The notes: generated from the letters alone by a model not told the origin. A DNA stretch of 64,000 nt from Octopus vulgaris (GCA_951406725.2 OX597817.1:129952001-130016000), one strand, 5' to 3'; counted from the stretch's first letter, positions 1 through 14,139 are shown. Program-made: numbers and translations.

Positions 1-566
1 ATATATATATATACAGAGATAGATATACATATATAATTTACACTCGCATACATACACACGCACATTTACACAACCACTCATACACACATACACACAACAC
101 AACACATATATGTATTAGAAACATAATGATGCAACGTTATCGATCTTTTTGTCCCTCATTATCTCACGATTCTATCCAGTATGGAAGCATGCGTGTTGTG
201 CTTTGCAAAGACATGTTTCTCATATAGGCTTAAAGCTTAGAAATATATGAGAAAGGCTATTGTATTATGCTTCACGTGTACAATGGAGGTGTAGTTTTTC
301 TGTAATGAAATTTGTAAAATAGCAAATAGAAACATTCTTGACTCGGACAAGGCTTTTACTTGTAGCTGGCTATTGAAAGTGGGTTATTCAATAAAGAAGA
401 CAAGATAGGAATTATTTCAGTTATTTGGAGAGGCAGACGGTGCCTGCTATGCAATTGCTGCCCATGTAACAACGTTACCATCTTATTTATATGCGCACGA
501 ACTTTCATGATATATTTATTTACATACATTCATACAAAGATGTGTACTTACACGCGCGCATATACA

Positions 567-629
<63 letters not shown>

Positions 630-1039
630 CTTTATATACATATACCAATGTCCCACAGCCCAAACCGCCACACCACACGTCACCACACACCACCACACCA
701 CATAACACCACACCACTCCACACACACTAGCACTGACCACTTCCCAGCACCCACACCACATACCATTGTCTGCACACCCACACATCATCATCCACGCATT
801 ACAGACGCACACACTTGCACACTTACACACACATCCACACGTTAAAGCCACTAGCCCCTATCCACGCACACACTCAAACGCACTCACACACTCTCACATA
901 CACACACGCACGCGCACCTTCGTTTTGGGATCACCAGTACTTTATTGTCTGCTCTTCTTCCTAGTTTTCCCGTCAAGCTATGTTTTCCCAACCAGTTGGC
1001 ATGATTCTTCATTAAATTCACAAATTTTTTTATGCCCTC

Positions 1040-1185
1040 TCTGTTTATTTCCTCATATTCCTTTCTGTTGACGAGCTTAGGCTCGAAAAGTGAAAGACTT
1101 TCTCACTTTCCCGAGCGTCAAACTAATAAATACATCCGCTTGTTTTCACACACCTATTTTCGCCTTTTGTTTTTCAGTAAATTTC

Positions 1186-1190
<5 letters not shown>
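1040..1190 (+). mobile_element. Penelope-like element terminal (pLTR) fragment with degenerate minimal hammerhead
   Basis: cttt-CTGTTGA-c-gagc-ttag-gctc-GAAA...aaag at 1061-1096. Homologous to the reverse complement of 46870-47006, which adjoins a GIY-YIG-like C-terminus. Ends at (TA)n. Confidence 0.6.
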
Positions 1191-1216
<26 letters not shown>

Positions 1217-1289
1217 GGCAAACATTTATGCACGTATGTATGTATATATAAATATATGTGCGCGCGTGCGTGTGGTACTATATTTACAA

Positions 1290-1670
1290 TACGATGTTTG
1301 CCTCCAAACACATGGTTCCAGTTTTAGTCCCTATTGAGTAGTACCTTGGGTATCTTCTTTTGTAGCCTCGGGCCGACCAAAGTCTTCTGAATGGATTTGG
1401 TAGAGGGAAACTGAAAGAAGCCTGTCATATTGTATCCATATATCTACGTGGATTTTTTTGGTCTGTATTGTCACCTACCAGCGCTTTGACAACAGGTGTC
1501 GGTGTGTTTACGTCCCTGTAACTTAGTGGTTAGGCATAAGAGAGCACAGAATAAGTAACAATCTTAGAAAAATGTACTTTAGTCGAATAATTGAACTGAA
1601 ATTCCTCATGGCGGTGCCCCAGCATGGCCGCAGTTTAATGACTGAAGCAAGTTAAAGATGAAAGATAAAA
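1290..1670 (+). mobile_element. tRNA-derived SINE, family A, diverged copy
   Basis: Colinear with 33703-34130 (ggatttggtagagggaaactgaaagaagcc core; cagcatggccgcagt...tgactgaa tail). Confidence 0.85.
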
Positions 1671-2306
1671 AACATATTCAATATATACCTACATATGTAT
1701 ATTGCATATGGACACAATATGGTTGTTTGTTTGCGCGTACGTATAAGTTTCCGGAGGAAAGCGGCAAGCAGGTAGAATCGCCAGTATAGAAAATCTTGCA
1801 GTATTTCGTCTGGAACTTTACTTTTTGAGGACAAATCCTATCTTCGTCAAGTTTGCTTTTCCTTATTCCGAGTCGATAAGCAAATTAAGTACTGTTTTAA
1901 GTGTAGCAAACAATACAGCTTACGGTTATGCGCGGAATATCAAAATCACGTGACTCAGTATAAGTTAGCAAGTAGAATAAGTATTTTCTTAATTCTTCAA
2001 ATATATATTCGATTTCTTGATCGAATTCTCACGCCGTAACTGCCTCGTCTATAGAGAAGGAGACAGGTAGAAATGGATAGACATGTAGAAATGGATAGAC
2101 TAAAAGACAGACTTAGAGTAAAGCATGAAAACAATTAAATTGTGGAAAAATTAAATGAAATGTTTTTTAAAGATATATCCCTAGTTCTCAAATGCAGGGA
2201 CATTTTCCTTTTTTCTGTTTCTGTGTACATATGTATACACGTATAATGCATACAGGCGCGTATTCATATACATATATATATATACATATATATAGTTGTG
2301 CGTGTG

Positions 2307-2368
<62 letters not shown>

Positions 2369-2408
2369 CACATATTTATCAAAATAAAAACATAATGCAA
2401 AGGATTTA

Positions 2409-2495
2409 GCGGTATATATGTTTCGGGCCTTTATTAGACGGTTTATAACAATGCATAATTGATGTAAATGTGTGTCTATAGCCTTCTTCAGCCGC
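2409..2495 (-). ncRNA. Antisense copy of the hammerhead motif
   Basis: Other arm of the palindrome; the cleavage triplet reads AUA instead of GUA. Confidence 0.65.
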
Positions 2496-2637
2496 GTACA
2501 ATTACTACTTCAGGGACATGTATTACATTATAAGTTTTACGTTGGGGATGCAAATCCTCATAGTCGCGACTATGAGGATTTGCATCCCCAACGTAAAACT
2601 TATAATGTGATACATGTCCCTGAAGTAGTAATTGTAT

Positions 2638-2724
2638 GCGGCTGAAGAAGGCTATAGACGCACATTTACATCAATTATGCATTGTTATAAACCGTCTAAT
2701 AAAGGCCCGAAACATATGTACCGC
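2638..2724 (+). ncRNA. Type I hammerhead ribozyme motif
   Basis: Stem I gcgg/ccgc, core CTGAAGA (2642-2648), long stem II, GAAA (2709-2712), palindromic stem III ACATATGT, GUA cleavage triplet (2718-2720). Confidence 0.75.
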
Positions 2725-2835
2725 TAAATCCTATGCATCATGTTTTTATTTTGATAAATATACTCTATCACCTACACCACTAAATGTCATATACAGGTGC
2801 TTACAATTATCAAGTATTCACCCTGAATTTTTTAT

Positions 2836-3470
<635 letters not shown>

Positions 3471-3969
3471 GACACTCACACATACAGCATTCTCCAATTT
3501 AGACTGTGATGCCACAAACGTTGCTCGACTTAATCAAGTCTGACAGACAAAATATCTGGTATCATTACTGGTGGCATTAGTGGTTAGGGCGGTGGATTTT
3601 GCCACCAGGGGTGATAGTGGTGAGTGTTATAGTGGCTCTTTTTGAGGTCATAGTAGTGGTCGAGAGAGTGGTTCTGCTGGTGGTTGTCGTCATGGTGATA
3701 AGGGTGGTATTTGTACTGGTAGCGGTGATGGCGATGGTTGTGGTGGAGGTAGTAGCATGGTCACAATAGTGATAGAGATGGTTGTTATGGCAGTGGTAAT
3801 GGTGATGGTGGTAGTGGTGGTGGTTGTGGTGATAATGGTGGTGGTGTGGGGTAATGGGGAGGTGGGTAATGGGGGAGGTGGCAATGTTGGTCTCTGCATT
3901 TGCCATAGTATTCTTTAGGTGGTGAAGGTAAAAATAAACGCTGAAAATACGCCATCTTGTGCCAAATAT

Positions 3970-4180
3970 TGCTTTCAAAGTTTGGCACGAGGCCAGCAAT
4001 TTCGGCGGGGAGAGGGTACGCCGATTACATCGACCTCGGTATTCAACGTACTTATTTTATCAACCCCTGAAAGGATGAAAAGCAAAGTCAGCCTCGGCAG
4101 AATTTGAACTCAGAATGTAAAGACGGACGAAATGCCGCTAAGCATTTTGCCCGGTGTGCTAATGATTCTGCCAGCCCAGC
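3970..4180 (-). mobile_element. tRNA-derived SINE, family B (Nin/Deu-like core)
   Basis: Reverse complement matches 48866-49086; core reads cttttcatcctttcaggggttgataaaataagtac. Confidence 0.8.
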
Positions 4181-5076
4181 TATTAAAAAATTCTTTTTTT
4201 GTGACAAATATTAAAATTAATAAAATTCTTTGTCAAATTTTGTGGTCTTTTTATAACACGGTACTGTAGGGAGACCTTTTTCCGAAGTCTATCGCATGTA
4301 TCCATAAAAATAATTAAAGAATATTTTTAAAATCACGCTGTATCATGACCGAAATAAGTGTCATAATTTCGCCATCTACGCTCACTAGTGTATCCTTCCA
4401 ATTTTTCTGATGATGTGGTGTCATTTGAAAAATTTTGGTTGCTATTTCTAGCAGGTTGAGCAACCGGGTGGAAGCTCCCTCTTTAAACTTGTGTAATAGA
4501 GGAATGGTACTATATGCTGTGAAGTGGTGGGGTAGGGTGAGATGGGGATGTAGCAGCGTGACATGACAAGAGAAGGTGGGTGGGTGTTTGATACGGAAGG
4601 TTTTGTAATGTTATAAGCAAACAACAACTGAAATACCTCAGTAACAGAATCTTCCAGAAGTAAATGTTAAGTTTAATTCCGTTGAGAAATGATGTTTAGA
4701 AACGGGATGAGAGAGACGGAGGAGGGGATATAGAACATGGAGCTGGTAATTGAACTGATGGGGGTGGGAGATGGCCGGGAAGGGTCGTGAGGCCGAAAAA
4801 GAAGCATGTAACACTAGAAGCGAACAACGTATTGCTTCGCTGATCTTTGGAACACGTGTAAAACAGCAATGCCATGCCATAACATCCTAATTACTTCAAC
4901 TTCACCGCCTCCCTACAACATCACACACACACACGCACACACATGCGCACACAGAAACACAAACACAGTCATACACACATACACATTTTTATATACTCAT
5001 ATCGAGTCTCTATTATTATACCATCACCAACACCACCTCCACCACTAACAAACCCACGACCAATCACTACAATTTC

Positions 5077-5077
<1 letters not shown>

Positions 5078-5159
<82 letters not shown>
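5078..5159 (+). repeat. (AAT)n microsatellite, first piece of a tract split by R4/Dong insertions
   Basis: Direct reading; further pieces at 5962-5997, 6544-6570 and 6783-6867. Confidence 0.95.
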
Positions 5160-5160
<1 letters not shown>

Positions 5161-5961
5161 TTTGAACAGTGACAATGAATCTCTAAATGCACTTAAATAA
5201 AAGAAACAGAGTGCCTAATTGTAGCAACCCAAGATCAAGCGATAGAAACAAAGGATTTGAGAGAAAATATATAGGGAGAGAATGTGTCAGAAATATGTAG
5301 AACCTATGGAACTTAGAACGAAACAGTGGCACACATTGTGACAGAATGTCCCATGTTGGCACAGGAAGAGTATAAGAAATGGAGGCACGACCAGCTGGTA
5401 AAATATTTACACTGGAAACTTTGCCAGAAATGGTGATTTGAAGCAAGAATCATACGGTATAATCATCGAGTCGGGGGAGTACTGGAGTCGGAGAACTGTA
5501 AGATTTTGTGGGACTTTCCGATTCAAACGGACAAGAAGTTAGAAAATAATAGCCCGGATATAACAATTATAGATAAGGAAAAGTAAAATCGCTTACTAGT
5601 CGAGCCATCATGCCTCTTTGATTCCAGGATCGTAAAGAAAGAGGACGAAAAGAATAATACAATTCCTTAAGATTTGAAATAGGAAGAATTTGAAGTATGA
5701 GAACAGTAAAGGTCGTGCCTATAATAATTGGTGCATTGGGAACAGTAAGGAAAGATATAGACAAATGGTTGAAGGAGATTGGAATAGAATGCTCAGTAGA
5801 GCTCCTACAGAAAGTTTGTCTCTTAGGGACAGCAAGGATTATCAGGAAGGTTCTACGCACTTGAAAGACTACTGAAAACTTTTGGGTACCTAAGGTTACT
5901 GGCAGTGACCTGCTACCCACATAATTCCTACCAGGAGTAAGACCGAACCTGAGTCAAACCA
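5160..5961 (+). mobile_element. R4/Dong-clade non-LTR retrotransposon 3' fragment (restriction-like endonuclease domain), frameshifted
   Basis: Manual translation gives ILWDFPIQTDKKLENNSPDITIIDKEK and VKVVPIIIGALGTV...LQKVCLLGTARIIRKVLRT, stop at 5862. Flanked by (AAT)n. Confidence 0.85.
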
Positions 5962-5997
<36 letters not shown>

Positions 5998-5998
<1 letters not shown>

Positions 5999-6543
5999 GT
6001 ACCAGGCAGTGGCTCTCATGGCTTCTGATCTTAACTGATTGGAAGTGTTATCATGTACATTGTTTTGTCTTGGTATAAAAGATGGGCTACAGCAAATATT
6101 CTGCTCAATACCACAGATTTGCTAGTCAGTTGTTTGACCTTAACCAGTTGAGCATGTCCCTTAGTGGCTGACGATATGTGCATCTCTGATCACGAGCAGA
6201 AGTAGTGGGGGGAGCATCATGGCCATGTGTTGAGAGGGATTCTTTGGAGTTTGAATGGTTCACCTCTGGAAACATAGGTGTTTCGTTCAACATCCTAAAG
6301 CAACCCTTATTCAGGGACCGTTTGAGCAGGATGGGCTACTCAACCTGAAGAAAATTCTAACTGGGCCCCACCTGCAAGGTCATGTGCTGTTTATCTTGAT
6401 ATGAGATCACCATGTCGCGCACATATGGTTGTGATGCATGTGCCTGGTGTACCTTTATCAGACGGGTAGTCATGATGGGTATATTGGGCTTCGTATATTT
6501 TACCCCAGTGTCACTTTGATGGCATGAACTGCTCTCTCACTCA
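5998..6543 (+). mobile_element. Probable 3' UTR fragment of an (AAT)n-targeting retroelement
   Basis: Higher-GC complex block bounded on both sides by (AAT)n; no ORF. Confidence 0.5.
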
Positions 6544-6570
6544 ATAATAATAATAATAATAATAATAATA

Positions 6571-6781
6571 ACTGGAACGGCTCATGTACTGAGAAGAGCA
6601 CTATCGCTATGAAAATAACATCCATACATGAATTTATTTATTTATTAATTTTTAAATACATATTTTATCTGTGAATTTGCGCGTGTAATCTGGGAATGCA
6701 TACAATACCCTTCTCTGCCCTAGGTGTATGGAAAACACTCGGCGAGAAACGGAAGAAAATTTGAAGACAGAAGGAAAAAAC

Positions 6782-6782
<1 letters not shown>
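6571..6782 (+). mobile_element. R4/Dong-like extreme 3' end
   Basis: Encodes TGTAHVLRRALSL-stop, homologous to LGTARIIRKVL of the first copy, followed by a different UTR and (AAT)n. Confidence 0.7.
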
Positions 6783-6865
<83 letters not shown>

Positions 6866-6867
<2 letters not shown>

Positions 6868-7980
6868 TTCTTTATTAACCACAAGGGTTTACATTAAGAA
6901 ATCATTATGAACAATACAGGACAAAACAAAGAATGCGTGTGTGTGTGTATGTGTGTGTATGTGTGTGTGTTGTAGGGGTTTTACGTGTTAACAAGACCAA
7001 CAATTTTTTTTAAAATCAACAATGTGTGATCCTCAATAGGGGAGAGACGTTCAAGAGTTGCTCATGGATAAACCCCATGAAAAAAACTATGGTTATCCTG
7101 ACTTTTGGGGGCAGGTGTTTTTCCTTTCCATTTTTCTTTTCAACTACAGGTTTATACCCAGTGTAGGCCCGTTCACTCGCACCATTCTCGGCACTTTCAT
7201 TCACCTTTTATCAAATTGGCTAGAAGACAACACTTCCCTCTCTACCCTTATTTCCCTTATAAGTGAAACTTGAAGAAGTTGATCAAGGATTGGCCAAAGG
7301 GAAAGTGTTTATCTTCAGCTTCTCCAATCTCGTCCACCATACAACCTCTTTCGCCATAGCCACCAGGCATATAAGTTCAGTCTTTCCTTCCCGGTTAAAG
7401 GAAGGCGGTGAGGTGATCTTCACGATGGATTCAGCTGACAGCCGGATCCGTCCCACACGCGACAGTAAGTGTTCAATATAAACCCATAGGTCAGCAATAC
7501 TCGGGCACTGGACAAGTGTATTTATCATCGTCCTGCGAGCATCTCCGACATGCTCAGCTGACGGCACTTCCTTGCCTGTAAAGTTTGTCTCGAATAGGCA
7601 AAGCTCTCCGGTAGCACTGCCAGGCCATCGGTCCCGGGCTGAAAATTCTCCGGAAAAGAGCGGCTAGTTGATTTTCTTCGACGCTTAAGATCCCCTCCCA
7701 AGAACATCGTCGCACTTTTCCCCCACTAATCCTCTACTGAAAGCTAAAATGGACGTTCCACCTATCGCAGTGTCCGATTGGTTGTGGGATGTGTGCGCTT
7801 GAAGACATTCTACTTTCCAAATGTTACCCCTGGGTCTCTGTTTTACCTAGGATTGCAGCTCCGTTAAAGAAACTAGCTGCAGAAACACATGTCTGGCGAA
7901 CGGCGACCACATCTATTCACCGTCAAGGAAGCACTGGAGATGAAGTAGCTTCAGCGCATGTCTGCGCATCATCAACCACG
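6866..7980 (-). mobile_element. Tx1/L1-clade LINE 3' fragment, degenerate
   Basis: Minus frame reads LVQCPSIADLWVYIEHLL...LVAMAKEVVWWTR, typical of the Tx1 ORF2 C-terminus. Minus strand has aataaa just before the tail. Confidence 0.7.
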
Positions 7981-8599
7981 GCGTGCCCAGGCAACCACGC
8001 AGCGGGTGTTAATAATAAGCAGCGATATCTGCTGTAACAAACACAATCAGTATCATCATCGTTATGATCATAATCATCATCGCCGCCGCCGTCGTTGCCG
8101 TTGTTGTCGTTGTCATCGTTGTCGTTGTTGTCGTCGTCATTGTCGTTGACATTCTCTATCCCGCATTCCTCATCCTCTCCCCTCCCCCTCCCCATCATCA
8201 CATAACCTCGTTGTCAGACGTTAACAATGCTTCGGTGATACAGTACAGCGTGACAGAATCATTTAAGTACATTGCCTCCGAGAGAATATTACCCAAGTGG
8301 AAACGGAAGTGAAAATTTGTCCGACTTCCATAACAGAGTCAAGTGTTTTTGATCAGAGGTCCGTTTATGATCAACATCCACTTTATAGACTTTTCATAAG
8401 ATGTTCCCAGCGGCAGAAAAACAAATTGGCACTAGTCTAACCTACGGAAGGCGCCTTTACTTATTTAGTTGACCTGCTATAAATAGTAAATAAAATTTGC
8501 CTTCTTAAAAAAATTGTATATATATACACACACATATACCTTATTGAAGGCGCATGACCTAGTGATTAGGCTGTTGCGCTCACGATTACAAAATCGCGT

Positions 8600-9118
8600 T
8601 AAGGTTATCTCTACGGAATTTCTAATAGAAATTATAGCCAGCTTTAACCATTTTTCATCTTAGATCTCATTGTTGTTTACATCAAGTGTCTCATATAAGA
8701 AAAGTCGTAACAAAATCAGTGCTGGCTATAATTCCTAAATAGTGCGGTTTTTTCGATTACATGAACTAAAAGTTGGAGGGGGACAGAATAAACTACCTGC
8801 AACAACTTGCTTTGAATTTTTATTATTTTTATTATTTTTTTTAATTTTTAGTGCAAGTTCGATTTTAACAGTTATTTTTTCAAGGCTATTATGGAAGTGA
8901 CAAAGGAGTATATTTGGCATATTTTACTTTATGAGTTCAATAAAGGCAACATCGTAACAGAAAGTGTGAGGAATATTATAGCAGTATATGGGGATCGGAC
9001 AGTAAGCGTAAGCCAGTGTCAACGGTGGTTCCAGAAATTCCGAGCCGGAAACTACAGCCTAGAGGATGAGCCTCGTCCTAGAAGATCCGTAGAGCTCGAC
9101 GAGGACGTCCTGCAAACA
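8600..9118 (+). mobile_element. Mariner 5' fragment (HTH domain of transposase)
   Basis: ORF 8891 MEVTKEYIWHILLYEFNKG...QRWFQKFRAGNYSLEDEPRP; truncated near 9118. Confidence 0.9.
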
Positions 9119-9148
9119 GCACAAGTAACACAAAGTAACAGTACAAGT

Positions 9149-9545
9149 AACACAAAGAATGACCCTTCATCAGTTGTCGGCTGTCTATCTACAATATTTC
9201 TTCCAGTGTTCACTATCTTTCCATTCGTTCTGGTCTAACGACCCTCCATGTTTGTTTTCGTTCGATTTCCTTGTATGTCTCTACTATCCAGTTTTTGTTC
9301 CCAACTTTGACCCTCCATAAAATCCCAAATTCATTTTGAAAGTTATGGGAACAACGGTCTTCGAAGACTCATATTGTCGTTGAATGCTCGAAATAAGGAG
9401 TAGATAGACAGCCGACAACTGATGAAGGGTCATTCTTTGTGTTCTTTGTCCTGTTTTTAATTTTTTCTTTCATTGTTTGCATATTTAACTTGCTTGTTTT
9501 CATATTTCATGTTGTTTACAGTTGGCGACGTACGGTACCCATATA
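9149..9545 (+). mobile_element. Foldback cassette, probably a PLE-type terminus
   Basis: Perfect 44-bp inverted repeat at 9149-9192 / 9400-9443. The motif cagccgacaactgatgaagg is shared with 19200 and 19857. Ends in (TA)n. Confidence 0.6.
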
Positions 9546-9620
<75 letters not shown>

Positions 9621-10789
9621 AAAATAAGACAAGGTAAAAAATGCTAAAATAATTTTATCTTGAAGTACATTTTAGTATTTTTGCCCTCTGTAAATTCAGG
9701 GACAATGCAACCTATAATCAGCGCATAAGCAAAGAAGCATATTTTATTATAAAATGTAAACATATTTTGAATGTTTCCACCACAGATGAAACTACTACAA
9801 GAATTTAGAACAATTCCAACCACTACTATTACGACCACAATAGGTCACTTTCAGCCATTTGACCATTAAAGAAGATTCCACGAACAACGTACTGTGTCAC
9901 ACCACTCCTGTATTTTTCTTTTCTTTCTCCTTCTTCCTCTTCTTTCTCTATTCCTACTTCTCTTCCTTCTTAATCTTCTTCTCCTTCTCCTCTTTCTTCT
10001 TCTTCTTCTTCTTCTTCTTCTTCTTCTTCTTCTTCTTCTTCTTCTTCTCCTCCTTCTCCTCCCTCGGTTGCTCCTACTTAAACCATCAATTCTTTGTACC
10101 CATAAAACTATTCCTTCAGATTTACTACTACCTACCTACCTACCTACCTACCTACTTACCTACCTATTAAGCATTCACAAAGGAAGAGACAGACAGACAG
10201 ACTATTTGAAGAATATGGAAATATTTATAAAACATTCCACTTAATTTTTTTCTCCAATTTAATTGTTTTTCTTATTTTACTCTTAGTTGAAAAAGTCTAA
10301 AAGACGGAAATCGGTACTAAAATGTACTTCATGATAAACTTATTTTAGCATTTTCTACCTTGTCTTATTTTCCTTATGCATATCGACTCGTGTGTTACTT
10401 TTCTACCTTCTTTATATATGTGTATAACTTATATCGTTGCTAAAAAGTTATGAAATAAAAAAAATATGAAATAAAGCGATGCTGATCACCGAACCGGCTC
10501 CTGCGTTTTATTTTAAGGATAAATTTAGCTCAAATGAAAAAAGTAAACGGTACTGGTTGAAAATTTTTGATCATAAGTCTGCTCTAGCAGAGCTAATCCC
10601 GGATTAGGCAAAAACCACAAAGTCAACAACTACAGCGAAATTGAAAAGCAAAGAAGTAGGTGTGATCCTTGATAAAAGAACAATGAATGTTGATATATTT
10701 GGTGTAGTAAGCTAAGAAATTTTATCTAAAATTAGACATTTATTTTGTAGCGATGATTCGAAACCGTAGCCCTGGATACGCGATCAGTC

Positions 10790-11160
10790 ATTATGAATCA
10801 ACTACCATAGTTTCGCATTATCGGTCTATTAATCGACCAACCAACGAGATGCGAACGCGTGGACAGGTTTTTCTTGAAAATTCTTGAAGCTTACTTCCGG
10901 TCTCCTATAAAAACCGTTCGGCGCACATTTTTAGAAGCCAAACGACTCAGGAAGGCAGCTAAGATAGATAGCGCAGAGATGACAGGAACTTCTGTCGCCA
11001 CGAGCTTAGTACACATGTTTCCAGTTATATTGGGCAAGCCGCATGTTGTCGTATTAATAGCCTTCATCCCATTATGTAACTATTGATGTTGTTATCTGTA
11101 AAAGACCAGTGCAGTTTGTCTTCATATGCGATGATAAAATATTCGCGGATGTCGTTCAGT
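10790..11160 (-). mobile_element. Highly degenerate mariner catalytic-region remnant
   Basis: Minus strand resembles decayed LLHDNARPH and SPDLAP motifs; weak. Confidence 0.35.
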
Positions 11161-11801
11161 TTACTTCTACATACAGGCTGAGAAACATATTTTCATTCAT
11201 TAACTCAACCAAATATCATAGCAGCCAACATCAACAACCACGCAACAAATTTTTTAAGACGATTATTTTCTAAATGATTGGTTCTTGTCAGAAAAGACTG
11301 TGGAAACAACTAAGAAATGCTAATTAATGAAAATTAATTAAATATTGTATGTAGTAGATAAATATGTCTGAGAGAGTGTGATCCTTTCTACAGTTTCGTC
11401 TTCTTGAAGCTTATCTTCTTGCAGATGCAGATTTGATAAAATGGGGAAGGCCTGGAAACGAAAATAGTCGCTTGGAATTTATTGTTTCAAAGAATATATT
11501 AAAGACTCACAAACTATTAATGGATGTGAAATGTTTTTAAGTTTACAAAAGAATTAAATAGCAATAAAAATTGGATATTGAGAATTAGCTTTGTTTTCAA
11601 TAGTGCTTTGATGAATGAATTATCTGTTTACTACATATGTACACACGCGCACACTCAAATGCGTGAACGCGCACACGCCAGTTAATTATATAAACACATA
11701 TTTATACGTTTTAATCTAATATATATGCGTATACACACACACACACACATATGATTTTACATACTTATAGCTGCACACACAAACACACTCACACGGGCAC
11801 A

Positions 11802-11872
<71 letters not shown>

Positions 11873-11939
11873 CATGTTATATAAATGTATCTATGTATAT
11901 TAGTATTTATAATTATATAAGTATATATTTATATATGTG

Positions 11940-11982
<43 letters not shown>

Positions 11983-13547
11983 ATTACACACACACACATA
12001 CACACAAATACATGTGTGTATGCACATGTGTATATGTGTGTGTAGATGTGGGTGTGTGCGCAAGTGTTACTAGATAGCAAGGAGATAACGGTTATCCTCC
12101 GTAAATTCGAGAAAAATTCGTCACCACCACTGGTGAGACTTAATACAGTTACAATGTATGAGTAGGAACATTTTCTTTTTCTTTTTGGCATTGTGGTTTC
12201 TGATAAATGAAATGTTGTCACAGGCAATTAAACTGGAAGTGAAGTTCGAGAATTCAACTGTTTATATACCCCAGAAATGATTTGAAACAAATTCTGTTCC
12301 TTAGATGCGCCTTCATAAGGATACTTGGTTCAACGACTGCATTTCAGATAAACTAATAAAGCAAAATTAATAGTAATAGTTTATAAAGGGAATTTCATTT
12401 AAAAATCACCATTAGAACTAATCTAAGAATTGTCGACATTTTATAAATTATATTATGTCTGAATACTATTTGATAATATCACTATAGAGGGCTTAACAAA
12501 GAATTACATTTTTACTGATATAAGTTCTAATATACCGGCACTTATAAAAATGTAATTAGTACTGTTTGCAGAAGAATAACTAACATGTACTCTGACAAAG
12601 AATTATTTCAACGCATTTTACATGACTACGAGCGTGCAAAGTTACACTAAAAAGTTGATTGTAAATGAAATACAATACATACAAAATCATATCATATTAA
12701 CAAAAAAAAAAAAAAAAAGTATTATTTTCACTCCCATTAACTCCATATAAATTTAGCATAAACAGAATTTTCTTAACCACGATAAAAAAAAAAAAATCCG
12801 AGAAACTAAATTTAGCACTTTTTTCAAGGAAAACCTATATAATAGTTACGCTGAAAACATCATCACATTTCGAGCTTGAAGTACTTGAAACAATCACACA
12901 CGTACTGTTAAATAATACCCACTGCCTCCATTTTTGTACTACAGTCTCCTCTCCATGACAGGTTCTCAGAAAAAACAGGAGTTCACCGGAAGACAACGAA
13001 ATTTCATCAGTCTCACTGAAATTATATTCAAAAGAAAATACGCTCCATATACTTTCCGCTTAGTTTATCATCGGTTTTGATGGATCGAATTAAAACGATG
13101 TTCCTTCTTGTTACCCCAATATATCTGAAGACTGAAATGCAAAGAAATGAACAGCAAAAATATATCCTGGTTTTGTCGAAACTGCAGCAAATATAACATG
13201 TCTGCGCTGTCTGGATCAAAAGTATCGCATCTCCATACAATTTCTGAAATAGAAAAAAAATACGCTGAACAAAGCACAAGAATTTGTGTCAAAAAGCAGG
13301 CATAAAAATAAACTTCGTTTAAGGTGCTTTCAGATATAAACAAGATTAAAACAGCAGGAGTAGTGAAATGGTGCTGTTCCATGTAGCATTTTGGCACAAT
13401 TAGAAGCTTTCTACACAAAGTTCCCACGGGTCAGAATCCTGCAGCCTAAATCAACTAAATATACTAAAAATAGCTTGCTGTGTTATATCAAAGGATGCGA
13501 CCAGTTCTGAGAGAACAAAAGGAAAATGAGTGCTGCTTCATATTCGA

Positions 13548-13778
13548 ATCATGGCACTCCGTCGGTTACGACGACGAGAGTTCCAGTTGATCCGATCAAC
13601 GGAACAGCCCACTCGTGAAATTAACGTACAAGTGACTGAGCACTCCACAGACACGTGTACCCCTTAACGTATTTCTCGGGAAGATTCAGTGTGACACAGA
13701 GTGTGACAAGGCTAACCCTTTGAAATACAGGTACAGCAGAAACAGAAAGAAAGAGTGAGAGAAAGTTGTGGGGAAAGA

Positions 13779-13780
<2 letters not shown>
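13548..13780 (-). mobile_element. SINE fragment (tail type 1 plus body)
   Basis: ggcactccgtcggttacgacgacgag...gagcactccacagacacgtgtaccc is shared with 38130-38315; the body is shared with 14220-14262. Confidence 0.8.
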
Positions 13781-13837
<57 letters not shown>

Positions 13838-13997
13838 TTTCCTACACAGAACAAAAGTTTGCGCTCATTAAATGGAGCTAAAAGAATATAAAGTATTATA
13901 GGTTTCAACGAAAAGGCAACTTTCGAGATATGGACAATCAACAAATTATTTTCCTCAATAGATTTTTCAAAAGACATAACCCCCACACGAAACATAC

Positions 13998-14130
<133 letters not shown>

Positions 14131-14139
14131 TATTTATAC

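Larger units (their letters stand above)
2372..2761. repeat. Spacerless 390-bp palindrome (two 195-bp arms), probably head-to-head PLE termini
   Basis: Centre tcgcga at 2564-2569. Arms are reverse complementary with about 6 substitutions and no indel seen. Confidence 0.95.

Noticed and set aside
4325-4342. Tc1/mariner-like TIR (aaaatcacgctg|ta)
   Set aside because: Single end with no convincing transposase sequence.
11338-11451. Possible minus-strand terminal exon (ttttcgtttccag|AFPILSNLHLQEDK...stop)
   Set aside because: Good acceptor but short, unrecognisable peptide; expected by chance in 64 kb.
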